From Escherichia coli O157:H7 (GTDB lineage: Bacteria; Pseudomonadota; Gammaproteobacteria; Enterobacterales; Enterobacteriaceae): a stretch of 64,000 bases of DNA. This document shows positions 36,730-50,127 of the stretch, in pieces (within the stretch, counting starts at the first letter, position 1; the number at the start of each line of letters is the position of its first letter). Position numbers and translations under genes: made by a program. Where the stretch lies: assembly GCF_013167455.1 (NCBI RefSeq), contig NZ_CP038328.1; one strand, 5' to 3'. The notes under the pieces are model-generated. The model saw only the letters and a program-made list of their open reading frames with translations, did not search any database and had not been told where the DNA came from.

Positions 36730-38142
36730 TTATTTCCGCAGTTCAGCAGCCCGCTTCTTACCAATAAACAACCAGCCCAGCCCCAGCGCGATAAACCACA
36801 GCGGGGTAACCAGCAGCGCCTGGCGAGTGTCATCTTCCAGTGTCAGCAACACGACCACGAACACAAAGAACGCCATACATACCCAGCACATCAGCTTGCC
36901 GAGCGGCATCTTGTAGATCGACTTCTCATGTAGATGAGGACGCTGTTTGCGATACACAAGGTACGAGCAAAGGATAATCGTCCAGACGAACATAAACAGA
37001 ATCGCGGAAACGGTTGTAATCATCGTGAACGCGCCAATCACGCTAGGATTCACATACAACATCACCACGCCGCCGAGCAGACAGATACACGAGAAAGTCA
37101 ACCCTTTCGCGGGTACTGCGCGCTTAGAAAGTTTAGCGAACGCTTTCGGTGCCACACCTTCCTGCGCCAGACCAAACAGCATACGGCTGGTAGAGAAGAC
37201 GCCACTGTTAGCGGAAGACGCCGCAGAGGTCAGCACCACAAAGTTGATCACGCTGGCAGCCGCAGGCAAACCTACCAACACAAACAGTTCAACAAACGGG
37301 CTTTTCTCCGGGACTACCGAACTCCACGGCGTCACGGACATAATAACAATCAGCGCGAAGACGTAGAACATAATGATACGGATCGGAATGGAGTTAATCG
37401 CGCGTGGCAGTGATTTCTCTGGATCTTTGGTTTCCGCAGCTGTTGTACCTACCAGCTCAATCCCCACGAAAGCGAAAACCGCTATCTGGAATCCGGCAAA
37501 GAAGCCACTTAAACCTTTCGGGAACCAGCCGCCGTCATTCCACAAATGCGCGAATGACGCTTCCACACCAGTCGGTGACTGAAAGTGCATCGCCACCATG
37601 ACCAGGCCGACGACAATCAGCGACACAATGGCGACGATTTTGATCATCGCAAACCAGAACTCCATCTCACCGAACATTTTCACAGTGGCGAGGTTAAGCG
37701 TCAGCAGCAGCACTATCACCGCCAGCGAGGCGACCCAGTCGGAGAGATCGGGGAACCAGAACTGAGCATAAGCCGTGATCGCCACCACGTCTGCCATACC
37801 GGTTACAACCCAGCAGAACCAGTAAGTCCAGCCGGTGAAATATCCTGCCCACGGCCCGAGTAAATCGGAAGCGAAGTCACTAAAAGATTTGTATTCCAGA
37901 TTCGAAAGCAGCAATTCCCCCATTGCCCGCATCACGAAAAAGAGCATAAAACCAATGATCATATAAACGAAAATGATCGACGGCCCGGCAAGGCTAATCG
38001 TTTTGCCAGACCCCATAAACAACCCCGTACCAATGGCACCACCAATGGCAATAAGCTGAATATGTCGGTTTGTGAGATTGCGCCGTAGCGACTGTTCAGC
38101 CGGAGCCTGATCATCGGCAACGACTTTTACCTGATCTACCAT
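36730..38142 (-). CDS. cycA: D-serine/D-alanine/glycine:H+ symporter (APC family), 470 aa
   Basis: Full ORF, 12-TM amino-acid permease sequence. Confidence 0.95.
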   Translation of the reverse strand: MVDQVKVVADDQAPAEQSLRRNLTNRHIQLIAIGGAIGTGLFMGSGKTISLAGPSIIFVYMIIGFMLFFVMRAMGELLLSNLEYKSFSDFASDLLGPWAGYFTGWTYWFCWVVTGMADVVAITAYAQFWFPDLSDWVASLAVIVLLLTLNLATVKMFGEMEFWFAMIKIVAIVSLIVVGLVMVAMHFQSPTGVEASFAHLWNDGGWFPKGLSGFFAGFQIAVFAFVGIELVGTTAAETKDPEKSLPRAINSIPIRIIMFYVFALIVIMSVTPWSSVVPEKSPFVELFVLVGLPAAASVINFVVLTSAASSANSGVFSTSRMLFGLAQEGVAPKAFAKLSKRAVPAKGLTFSCICLLGGVVMLYVNPSVIGAFTMITTVSAILFMFVWTIILCSYLVYRKQRPHLHEKSIYKMPLGKLMCWVCMAFFVFVVVLLTLEDDTRQALLVTPLWFIALGLGWLFIGKKRAAELRK

Positions 38143-38450
38143 GTTTTTTTCTTCCTGTACCTGTCTGTGTTGTTCAGGCTCTACGGCCTTTAGTCAGTCT
38201 ATGATACGACGAATCTGTATCGGGACTCATCGATATTAGGTAACAATACGCGGGATGAATACTAAGATTTAGATCTAATGTTAATTTTATGTTTAAAGTG
38301 AGTGTCATATCACGGTGATAACGCGAAACAGCTCACAAAAATACACGCTTACGGGGTCTTTGCAACACAAAATAGCGCCGTTTGGCAAACTGAAGGGTTT
38401 ATTGCTGAATGCCTGCTCCCCTCTGGTTCGAGGGGAACAGAATGCGCTGC

Positions 38451-39071
38451 TTAGAGGATTTCCAGCAGTTCGACTTCAAACACCAGGGTGCTGAACGGAG
38501 GGATGGATGCGCCTGCGCCGCGCTCGCCATATGCCAGTTCCTGCGGGATAGTCAGTTCCCATTTAGAACCTACCGGCATCAGAGTCAGTGCTTCAATCCA
38601 GCCAGGGATCACGCCATTAACCGGAAATTCAGCGGGTTCACCACGAGCAACGGAGCTGTCAAACACGGTGCCGTCGATCAGTTTACCGGTGTAATGAACA
38701 CGAACGCGGTCGGTACGTGCCGGAATTGCGCCTTCACCCTGGTTGATCACGCGGAATTGCAGGCCAGATTCGGTGCTATTCACACCTTCTTTTTTGGCGT
38801 TTTCTTCCAGGTATTTCACACCTTCAGCAGCCATCGCCTGGAAACGCTGACGACGAACGGCATCGGCGCGCTCGTGGATTTCACGCAGCGCGCGATGCAC
38901 CACATCAACCGGAACAGCCGGATGTTTGCCTTCCAGCGCATCGGCAATACCTGCAACCAGTGCTTCTGGCAGCAGCCCTTCCAGGCCAGATTCACTCAGT
39001 TGTTGCCCTACCTGCAAACCAATGCCGTAGCTTGCTTGCGCTTCGATGGTGTCAAAAGTTGGGGTGGTCAT
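38451..39071 (-). CDS. fklB: FKBP-type peptidyl-prolyl cis-trans isomerase, 206 aa
   Basis: ORF-track 38451..39230 trimmed to the ATG giving [20 protein letters not shown]; FKBP domain at C-terminus. Confidence 0.93.
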
Positions 39072-39288
39072 CGTATTTCCTTTCTTAGGGTATAAAGTAG
39101 CGGGCAGCATATCAGCCACACTTCTTTGGGTAAAACTTTGTCGCGGGAATGATGACAAATCCCAGGGAAAAAGAAACAATAGCAATATCCCGTATGAATA
39201 TAATAAAGGCGGGTTTACCACGGACATCATAGCGTTAGCTTATTCATAGGCTATGATTGAGGAACAAGACGCGGAGCAGGAGGAAACC

Positions 39289-39927
39289 ATGCCCGGGCGC
39301 TTTGAACTAAAACCAACCCTGGAGAAAGTCTGGCACGCACCGGACAATTTTCGCTTCATGGACCCGCTGCCGCCGATGCATCGTCGGGGGATCATTATTG
39401 CCGCCATTGTATTGGTGGTCGGATTTCTGCTTCCATCTGATGATACGCCCAACGCGCCGGTGGTGACGCGTGAAGCGCAGTTAGATATTCAGTCGCAATC
39501 ACAACCGCCGACAGAAGAACAGCTGCGGGCGCAATTAGTCACCCCACAAAATTATCCTGATCAGGTGGCTCCGGTCGCTCCAGAACCTATACAGGAAGGC
39601 CAGCCAGAAGAACAGCCGAAAACTACCCAAACGCAACCATTCCAGCCAGATAGCGGAATTGATAATCAATGGCGCTCTTACCGTGTCGAACCCGGTAAAA
39701 CGATGGCGCAGCTGTTCCGCGACCACGGACTGCCCGCTACCGATGTCTATGCAATGGCGCAGGTAGAAGGCGCGGGTAAGCCGCTGAGTAATTTGCAAAA
39801 CGGGCAGATGGTGAAAATCCGCCAGAACGCCAGCGGCGTGGTGACGGGCTTAACCATTGATACGGGGAATAATCAACAGGTCCTGTTCACCCGCCAGCCG
39901 GATGGCAGTTTTATTCGTGCGCGGTAG
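39289..39927 (+). CDS. ytfB: OapA-domain cell-division protein YtfB, 212 aa
   Basis: ORF-track 39253..39927; start set to the ATG giving [16 protein letters not shown] preceded by AGGAGG RBS; TM segment, Pro/Gln-rich linker, C-terminal OapA-like domain. Confidence 0.88.
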   Translation: MPGRFELKPTLEKVWHAPDNFRFMDPLPPMHRRGIIIAAIVLVVGFLLPSDDTPNAPVVTREAQLDIQSQSQPPTEEQLRAQLVTPQNYPDQVAPVAPEPIQEGQPEEQPKTTQTQPFQPDSGIDNQWRSYRVEPGKTMAQLFRDHGLPATDVYAMAQVEGAGKPLSNLQNGQMVKIRQNASGVVTGLTIDTGNNQQVLFTRQPDGSFIRAR

Positions 39928-40061
39928 ATGAAGGGTCAACCAAAAGCCAGCTAAGGATTGTCTCTTTGATGACCTTACGTCTGGCTTCCAGTGCCTGGGG
40001 TGAAACCATACTGATGTGTTGACATCCTCCAAGCCCTGAAGGACGTGGATCCCTGCTACGT

Positions 40062-41270
40062 TCAGGCTGTCGCCTGAATCATTTCGGTGGGTTCCTGCTT
40101 CAACGGGCGGCCTGACTGCACCATCTCCCCACAGGCAAGAACGGCGTGCCCCGCCGCTAAAATGTTACGAGCGCCATTTACATCAGCGTTCGCTGTATAT
40201 CCACATGCCTGGCATCTGAATTTACTTTGTGACAGGCGATTTTCTTTCGCTGTATGACCACAGCACGCGCAACGCTGGCTTGTGTACGCTGGCGGAACAG
40301 CAAGCACCTGACCGCCACGCCAGAGCTGCTTGTACTCAAGCTGGCGGCGCATTTCATACCAGCCCTGATCCAGTATCGAACGGTTTAAACCTGATTTTGC
40401 CCGGACATTGCGCCCCGGCTGGCTGACCGTACCCGCTGCTGACTTTGACATGTTGCTGACCTTCAAATCCTCAATGACTATCATTGCGTGGTTTTTGCTG
40501 ACGGTCGTTGTGACTTTGTGAAGGTAGTCCCTGCAGATATTTGCGATACAGGAATGCAGTCGCTGTATTTTGCGTTTCTGCTTCTGCCAGTTGTTGCTGA
40601 ATTTGACCTTGCGGCTTAACTGTCGCTGAAGTCTCGCCAGCGTCTTCTGGTTTTTCTGAAAACTGTTTACAGGTCCAAAGACTGTGCCATCTGACAGCGT
40701 GGCGAGTTTAGCCACGCCAGCATCCAGTCCGACCATTAATGCTGAAGGGTGAACCGGAGTTGATACTTCATTTTCAGTCTGAATACTGATGTACCACTTA
40801 CCGCAGGACTGGCTGGCAGTGACATTTTTCACAACACCCGTGACCTGACGGCTATTCCGGTAGCGCATCCAGCCAAGTTTCGGCAGAAAAATACGGCTGT
40901 TTTCCTGATCGAGCTTAACGCCCTGCGGGTAGCGGAATGCATCATTCTGTCCCCGCTTTTTGAATCGGGGAAAAGCAGCCCGCTTCCGGAAGAAGTTTTT
41001 GTAAGCCCGCTCAAGGTCTTTCAGTGACTGTTGCAATGGCTGTGACGGGGCATCTTTAAGCCATTGCGTTTCAGTGGCATTTTTCCACTCAACCAGCCAG
41101 GAAGCCATTTTCCCGTAAGGGATGTATTTATTACCGGCCTCATGATTCTCATTCTGAAGCGCCAGAGCACGATTGAAAACGAAACGACATGCGCCTGCGA
41201 AGCGCCTCATTTCACGCTCCTGTTGACCACCGGGTCTTAACTGGAATTTAAATGCCTGTAGTCGTTTCAC
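40062..41270 (-). CDS. tnpB: TnpB (IS605 OrfB family; putative RNA-guided endonuclease), 402 aa
   Basis: Full ORF; RuvC-I ([15 protein letters not shown]), RuvC-II ([11 protein letters not shown]), zinc finger CACCGH...CQACGY and RuvC-III ([11 protein letters not shown]) all present. Confidence 0.92.
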   Translation of the reverse strand: MKRLQAFKFQLRPGGQQEREMRRFAGACRFVFNRALALQNENHEAGNKYIPYGKMASWLVEWKNATETQWLKDAPSQPLQQSLKDLERAYKNFFRKRAAFPRFKKRGQNDAFRYPQGVKLDQENSRIFLPKLGWMRYRNSRQVTGVVKNVTASQSCGKWYISIQTENEVSTPVHPSALMVGLDAGVAKLATLSDGTVFGPVNSFQKNQKTLARLQRQLSRKVKFSNNWQKQKRKIQRLHSCIANICRDYLHKVTTTVSKNHAMIVIEDLKVSNMSKSAAGTVSQPGRNVRAKSGLNRSILDQGWYEMRRQLEYKQLWRGGQVLAVPPAYTSQRCACCGHTAKENRLSQSKFRCQACGYTANADVNGARNILAAGHAVLACGEMVQSGRPLKQEPTEMIQATA

Positions 41271-41277
41271 AGGCCAA

Positions 41278-41709
41278 ATGATACTTTGGTCTGTGAAAAA
41301 AGAAACCGATATCCGGCGTGGAAGGCATTGTGTTTTCCTGATGCATGTTCACCTGGTCTTTGTCACCAGATACCGACGCCAGATTTTTGACCATGACGCG
41401 ACAGAAAAACTACGCACTTACTTTTCAAAGGTATGTGCTGATTTTGAAGCTGAACTGGTTGAAATGGATGGCGAACCAGATCACGTCCATTTGTTAATTA
41501 ACTATCCTCCCAAACTGGCGATATCCAGTCTGGTAAACAGCCTCAAAGGCGTATCGGGTAGGTTACTGCGACGAGATCGACCAGATATTGCAGTCAGGTA
41601 TTACTACAAAGGCGTTTTGTGGAGTCCTGGCTATTTTGCCAGTAGCTGCGGAGGTGCGCCAATATCCGCCATCCGTCAATACATTGAACAACAGCAAACA
41701 CCTGGTTAG
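41278..41709 (+). CDS. tnpA: IS200/IS605-family Y1 (HUH) transposase TnpA, ~143 aa
   Basis: HUH motif (DHVHLL) and catalytic Tyr region (SPGYFASS); divergent from tnpB with start codons ~8 nt apart; true start may be a downstream Met. Confidence 0.9.
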   Translation: MILWSVKKETDIRRGRHCVFLMHVHLVFVTRYRRQIFDHDATEKLRTYFSKVCADFEAELVEMDGEPDHVHLLINYPPKLAISSLVNSLKGVSGRLLRRDRPDIAVRYYYKGVLWSPGYFASSCGGAPISAIRQYIEQQQTPG

Positions 41710-41765
41710 GTGGAAAACCGCGCCGTATATCCCCGCCCTGAAGGACGGGGTTTTACGGCGCACCG

Positions 41766-41985
41766 GATAAACCAGGCCAAGCGTATGCTGGTTGATCAAA
41801 TAATATCCCCCAAGCGCAGCAATATTAATATTCACCTGCAATGGGTCGATATCTGGCTTAAAAATATTGTATTTCTTCCCTTCATCCAATAAGGATTCCA
41901 TTAACTGCAAGTGCGCATGGTTGATTTCTAAGAGACGCTGTGATTTTGCATAATGCACACCTTTACTTTGATTTTCACTATGCAC
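41766..41985 (-). pseudogene. ytfA: N-terminal portion of ytfA-like ORF, interrupted by the IS insertion
   Basis: Reverse-strand frame [36 protein letters not shown]... runs from a GTG into IS sequence; a matching C-terminal frame (...[32 protein letters not shown]) lies on the other side at ~39911-40010. Confidence 0.45.
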
Positions 41986-42331
41986 AATTTTTAAAAACCA
42001 GGGGTTAGCAATATAATAATCCCATGTAAAATCAATAATTTTCTCAATGGCTTTTTGTGGCTGGTTAACCTGCTGATTAACGAATACACCGATACCGACA
42101 GCGTAGAATAATTACATACCGCACAACAAGAATGTACGGTGTAAGGCGTGGAAGTCATTTTCTCCCCGGGTGCATCGTTATATCCATAATGAGCGATTTT
42201 TGATATTAATATCTTTCACCATCCGCTATTTTCACCACTTCAGAAAACAAACTTATTTTTATTAATATCGATTTTTTTCTGTGAACATTCAGCTGCGATA
42301 TTTATAAAAACATTAAACAGGTCACATTACA

Positions 42332-43126
42332 ATGACATTACCAACCACTATTTATTCATTTCCTGCATATTTATCTCGTTTTTCGTCCACCGACAAACCA
42401 GTAAAATTAAAATTTCATCAATACGCACGCGCTACATTACTTTCAAATCGTGGAAGAGATCATAATTGCGATGGCAGACGTACTGTTGAGATCCACAAAC
42501 TAGATCTCTCAGACTGGCAAGCATTCAATAAGTTAGCAACGAAGTGTAATGCTTACGATGGAGTAACAATGAATGGTGATAATTCTTTTGGATGGAACCA
42601 TGAAGCTACATTAGATAATATTCACGCCCAGAAATACAATAAAGCTTACGCGGGTGCGAGGTTAACCGCAGAACTGAAATATTTATTGCAAGATGTCGAA
42701 TCCTTCGAACCCAACAGTAAATACACAATACACGAAGTGGTTTTGGGACCTGGTTATGGTACTCCAGACTATACCGGCCAAACGATAGGATACGTTGTAA
42801 CCCTTCCTGCCCAAATGCCTAATTGCTGGTCATCTGAACTACCAACAATCGATCTTTATATCGACCAACTTCGCACTGTTACAGGCGTTTCTAATGCCCT
42901 CGGATTCATCATTGCTGCATTGCTAAACGCGTATTCTGATTTACCCCATGATTTGAAAATTGGTCTGCGTTCCTTATCAAGTTCAGCCGCAATCTACTCG
43001 GGTTTGGGTTTCGAGCGAGTGCCGCAGGAGCGAGACATCAGTTGCGCTCGTATGTATCTAACGCCAGCAAACCATCCTGACTTATGGACACAAGAGAATG
43101 GTGAATGGATCTACTTGCGAAACTAA
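42332..43126 (+). CDS. yjfZ: uncharacterized protein YjfZ, 264 aa; AT-rich orphan
   Basis: Full ORF with AT-rich sequence and long AT-rich upstream region; no recognisable domain by eye. Confidence 0.85.
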   Translation: MTLPTTIYSFPAYLSRFSSTDKPVKLKFHQYARATLLSNRGRDHNCDGRRTVEIHKLDLSDWQAFNKLATKCNAYDGVTMNGDNSFGWNHEATLDNIHAQKYNKAYAGARLTAELKYLLQDVESFEPNSKYTIHEVVLGPGYGTPDYTGQTIGYVVTLPAQMPNCWSSELPTIDLYIDQLRTVTGVSNALGFIIAALLNAYSDLPHDLKIGLRSLSSSAAIYSGLGFERVPQERDISCARMYLTPANHPDLWTQENGEWIYLRN

Positions 43127-43196
43127 TACCTGACGAAAAATAGAAAGCAAAACGCCGACCAGTGGTCGGCGTTTTTACGTCTCGTTGAATAACGAA

Positions 43197-43658
<462 letters not shown>

Positions 43659-43687
43659 TCAAAGTCGTATTAATGGACCGTGACCGA

Positions 43688-44234
<547 letters not shown>

Positions 44235-44240
44235 CAGAAA

Positions 44241-44654
<414 letters not shown>

Positions 44655-44962
44655 TTATTCAGCCTCCTGTCTGGGTCAGCCGAATCCCGGGGAGGCAAGG
44701 AACGTGTTAAAGGTCGGCTGAAAAATGACGCGTTATAGTACTGACATACCCCGCTAAACTCAAGGCCAGCCGACAAATAAATCTCATCTTTCACCAAAGT
44801 GGACTAACACGCTGATTTGAAGTTCATCACACTTCATCATGGTGTTTTTTCGAACAACTGCATCAGAAATGGTCACCATCAACTTCTTTATCATTGATTA
44901 AAATTAAATCAGAAGATCATCACAGAGGAGAGCACACAAAGTCAGCCGTCGAGGAGGTATCT

Positions 44963-45238
44963 ATGTTCAGTCGAGTTTTAGCCCTTCTGGCTGTGCTTTT
45001 GCTAAGTGCAAATACATGGGCAGCCATTGAAATTAATAACCACCAGGCCAGAAATATGGACGATGTGCAAAGCTTAGGCGTGATTTATATCAATCATAAT
45101 TTCGCCACTGAAAGCGAAGCACGTCAGGCATTAAATGAAGAAACAGATGCGCAAGGCGCAACGTACTACCACGTAATTCTGATGCGGGAACCGGGGAGTA
45201 ACGGCAATATGCACGCCAGCGCGGATATTTATCGCTAG
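44963..45238 (+). CDS. yjfY: DUF1471-family small periplasmic protein YjfY, 91 aa
   Basis: ORF-track 44894..45238 trimmed to the ATG giving MFSRVLALLAVLLLSANTWA signal peptide. Confidence 0.85.
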   Translation: MFSRVLALLAVLLLSANTWAAIEINNHQARNMDDVQSLGVIYINHNFATESEARQALNEETDAQGATYYHVILMREPGSNGNMHASADIYR

Positions 45239-45278
45239 CACCAGGTATAACCAACGAAACATTGCCATAGTTTGCTTT

Positions 45279-45303
45279 GCCCCCTTCGCAGGGGGCTTTT
45301 TTT
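45279..45303 (+). terminator. rho-independent terminator after yjfY
   Basis: GCCCCC-TTCGCA-GGGGGC hairpin followed by TTTTTTT. Confidence 0.7.
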
Positions 45304-45366
45304 GAAAAACGGCTGCGGAATTAGACCAGTTATCTCCCGAGGAAGGAAATTTCCGCAGCGCGTGTT

Positions 45367-46053
45367 CTACTTCTGCCCGTAATAAGCGTTGGGGCCGTGC
45401 TTACGCATGAAGTGTTTATTCATCAGGAAGCTGTCGATGTGATTGAGTTGTGGATTAATACTGCGCGCAATCCACGCCATTTTCGCCACTTCTTCCATCA
45501 CTACCGCGTTATGCACCGCGTCGTGGGCATCTTTCCCCCAGGCGAACGGTCCGTGCTGATACACCACAATTCCCGGCGTATGCAGCGGCTCGGCGTTGCC
45601 CAGCGTTTCGATAATCACTTTGCCAGTGTTCAGTTCATACTCACCCTGCACCTCTTCTTCGCTTAATCCACGCGTACACGGGATATCACCAAAGAAGTAG
45701 TCAGCGTGCGTGGTGCCTAACGCCGGGATCGCCAGCCCCGCCTGCGCCCATGCGGTAGCATGAGTGGAGTGGGTATGGACAATGCCGCCAAGCGACGGAT
45801 AACGACGGTAGAGTTCGAGATGCGTCGCGGTGTCGGAAGACGGACGATATTCCCCTTCCACCACCTTACCGCTCATATCGACCACCACCATATCGTCTGC
45901 TTTCATGGTTTCGTAGGCGACGCCGCTGGGCTTGATCACCACCAGCCCGCGTTCGCGGTCGATAGCGCTGACGTTGCCCCAGGTAAAGGTCACCAGCCCA
46001 TAGCGCGGCAGATCCATGTTGGCTTCAAACACCTGCTGTTTTAGCTTTTGCAT
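45367..46053 (-). CDS. ulaF: L-ribulose-5-phosphate 4-epimerase, 228 aa
   Basis: ORF-track 45367..46101 trimmed to the ATG giving [21 protein letters not shown]; start overlaps ulaE stop by 1 nt. Confidence 0.95.
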
Positions 46054-46907
46054 TATGCCGCCTCCACCATGCCCGCTTTCGCCATGCGCGCTTTCACCCA
46101 ATCACGCGCTTTCGCCACTTCTGCCGCCGGGTCTTCCGCCGTTTCGCTCCACATCTCAATCAGGTACGGCCCGCAATAGCCACTCTGTTTGAGCGTTTCG
46201 AAGCAACGTTCGAAATCCACCACACCTTCGCCAAATGGCACGTTTTTGAAGACGCCCGGTTTGGTGTCTTTCACATGTACCGCGACGATATGCCCGATTC
46301 CGGCCTGCAACTCCATCTGCACATCGTTGTCCCACGCCGACAGGTTGCCGATATCCGGGTAGAGCTGGAACCACGGATTGTTGAGATAGTGCGCGTAGCC
46401 CAGCGCCTTGCTGATGGAGTTCATCAACGGATAATCCATGATCTCCATCGCCAGCGTCACCTGCGCGCGGCTCGCCATCTCAACGCTCTCTTTCAGGCCG
46501 TCACGGAAACGACGACGCGTTTCGTTATTGGCTTCCTGATAGTAAACGTCATAGCCCGCCAGTTGGATCACGCGAATACCAACGTCCTGGGCGAACTGGA
46601 TAGCTTTACGCATAATCTCCAGCCCCTGCGCCCGCACCGCGTCATCTTCACTGCCCAGCGGGAAACGACGATGAGCAGAAAAGCACATGGACGGCACGCG
46701 CACGCCGGTTTCAACAATCGCATTCACCAGCGCCAGACGCTGCTCGCGGCTCCAGTCGAGGCGCGACAGGCGCTCGTCCGTTTCATCTACCGACATCTCG
46801 ACAAAATCGAAGCCCAACGTTTTTGCCAGTTGCAGGCGTTCCAGCCAGCACTCCCCGGCGGGGAGCGCTTTTTCATAGATGCCAAGCGGGATTTGTTTGG
46901 ACAACAT
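46053..46907 (-). CDS. ulaE: L-ribulose-5-phosphate 3-epimerase, 284 aa
   Basis: Full [45 protein letters not shown]... (TIM-barrel sugar-phosphate epimerase). Confidence 0.95.
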
Positions 46908-46916
46908 ATCCGCTCC

Positions 46917-47567
46917 TTAGCCCCACAGTTCGGCGATGGAACGTTTGAACTGACGTGCGGCTTCCACCGGAGAAGCGGCATCACGGATACTACGGCCCGC
47001 GATAAAGACGTGAATCGGAATGCCTTTGAACAGCGGCAGATCTTCCAGCGCCAGGCCACCAGTGACGGTGACTTTGAAGCCCATATCGGAAAGACGTTTG
47101 ATCGCGGTGATGTCCGCTTCGCCCCACGCCACGCCTGCGGCCTGCGCGTCACGGCTGCGGTGATAAACCACCTGCTGAATACCTGCGTCGCGCCACTGTT
47201 GCGCCTGTTCCCAGGTCCAGTAACCGGTCAGTTCGATCTGCACGTCGCCGTTAAACTCTTTTGCCACGTCCAGCGCGCCTTTGGCGGTGTTGATATCCGC
47301 ACAGCAAATTACCGTCACCCAGTCAGCGTTGGCTTCGAAGCACATACGCGAAAGGATTTTGCCTGCATCGGCAATTTTGGCGTCTGCCAGTACGATTTTG
47401 TGCGGGTAGAGCGCTTTCAGGTCACGAACCGCACGCACGCCTTCGCCCACGCACAGAATGGTGCCCACTTCGATAATGTCGACTTCTTCGGCAATCAGGC
47501 GAGTGGTTTCGTAGGCGCTATCCATAGTCTGGTTGTCCAGCGCGACTTGCAACATCGGTAATGACAT
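46917..47567 (-). CDS. ulaD: 3-keto-L-gulonate-6-phosphate decarboxylase, 216 aa
   Basis: ORF-track 46917..47765 trimmed to the internal ATG giving [20 protein letters not shown]; start coordinate may be off by 1 nt. Confidence 0.93.
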   Translation of the reverse strand: MSLPMLQVALDNQTMDSAYETTRLIAEEVDIIEVGTILCVGEGVRAVRDLKALYPHKIVLADAKIADAGKILSRMCFEANADWVTVICCADINTAKGALDVAKEFNGDVQIELTGYWTWEQAQQWRDAGIQQVVYHRSRDAQAAGVAWGEADITAIKRLSDMGFKVTVTGGLALEDLPLFKGIPIHVFIAGRSIRDAASPVEAARQFKRSIAELWG

Positions 47568-47580
47568 GTTCAATTCCTTC

Positions 47581-48045
47581 TTAAGCTGCCGCGTTGGTGC
47601 GGTCAATGAGATCCAGTACTTCCTGCTCGGTACGGCAGGCGCGTAAACGGTCAAAATTCTCTTCATCTTCAAACAGGTTGACGATCTGCATGATGCCCAC
47701 TTCCTGGTGAGTATTGGCATCGACCGCCGCCATGGTGATGAGGATATCCACCGGATCGTTGTCATCGTGGTTGAACTCCAGCGGCTTTTTCAGCGTTACC
47801 AGAGAGAAACCGGTTTTCTTAACGCCCTCTTCCGGACGCCCGTGCGGCATTGCCAGGCCCGGAGCGATAACGAAATAAGGACCGAACTGTTCAACGCCAT
47901 CCAGAATCGCCTGGTAGTAACGCGGCTCTACCACATCTGCCGCCACCAGCAGGTCAACGCCGATTTTCACCGCTTCCTGCCATGTCTCTGCTTCAGCCTG
48001 CAGACGGATGGATTTATTTTCAGCCAGCGAATCACGTAATTTCAT
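47581..48045 (-). CDS. ulaC: PTS ascorbate-specific EIIA component, 154 aa
   Basis: Full [32 protein letters not shown]... Confidence 0.95.
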   Translation of the reverse strand: MKLRDSLAENKSIRLQAEAETWQEAVKIGVDLLVAADVVEPRYYQAILDGVEQFGPYFVIAPGLAMPHGRPEEGVKKTGFSLVTLKKPLEFNHDDNDPVDILITMAAVDANTHQEVGIMQIVNLFEDEENFDRLRACRTEQEVLDLIDRTNAAA

Positions 48046-48054
48046 GGCGCGTCC

Positions 48055-48360
48055 TTACTTCACGTCCTGCGGGAAATGCTCTTTGATCACTTCCAGCAGT
48101 TTCGGGCCAAAGTCGGCAGGAGAGAGCATGTTGCGCACGCCAACCACGTATTTGTTGCCGGTCACGGTGATTTCGCCCGCAATGTGCGTAGAAGCGATGA
48201 TGATATCCGCGCCACTCAACTCGCTTTTGTACTCGCCAACCGCGCAGCTGTTTACCGTATGGTCAATGTTTGATTGGGTTAAAAACTGGTCCACTTTCAT
48301 CTTCATGATCATGGAACTGCCTTGTCCGTTGCCACACACAGCCAGAATACGTACGGTCAT
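48055..48360 (-). CDS. ulaB: PTS ascorbate-specific EIIB component, 101 aa
   Basis: ORF-track 48055..48366 trimmed to [16 protein letters not shown] (phospho-cysteine motif). Confidence 0.95.
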
Positions 48361-48375
48361 AATCAAAACTCCTTA

Positions 48376-50127
<1,752 letters not shown>

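Larger units (their letters stand above)
40015..41770 (-). mobile_element. IS200/IS605-family insertion sequence (divergent tnpB and tnpA; IS609-like), ~1.75 kb, boundaries approximate (+/-30 bp)
   Basis: Y1 (HUH) transposase plus TnpB; 13-bp motif GCCCTGAAGGACG present subterminally at both ends (~40033 and ~41735); flanking ytfA reading frame is split by the element. Confidence 0.8.

Noticed and set aside
38143-38450. Possible small gene or sRNA in the 308-bp cycA-fklB spacer
   Set aside because: Region is explained by the cycA promoter and 5' UTR (CA-rich AACAACACAG element near the start, the kind of site bound by GcvB) and a stem-loop after fklB; no convincing ORF or independent terminator.
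40033-41747. 13-bp direct repeats considered as a target-site duplication
   Set aside because: IS200/IS605 elements do not generate TSDs; the repeats lie inside the element and the flanking ytfA frame does not read through them consistently.
41563-41985. 140-aa reverse ORF listed in the track
   Set aside because: Chimera: ytfA-like N-terminal codons fused to antisense read-through of the IS tnpA 3' end; not a genuine intact gene.
46275-47561. 428-aa ORF on the forward strand opposite ulaE/ulaD
   Set aside because: Antisense shadow ORF; the ula genes on the reverse strand are unambiguous.
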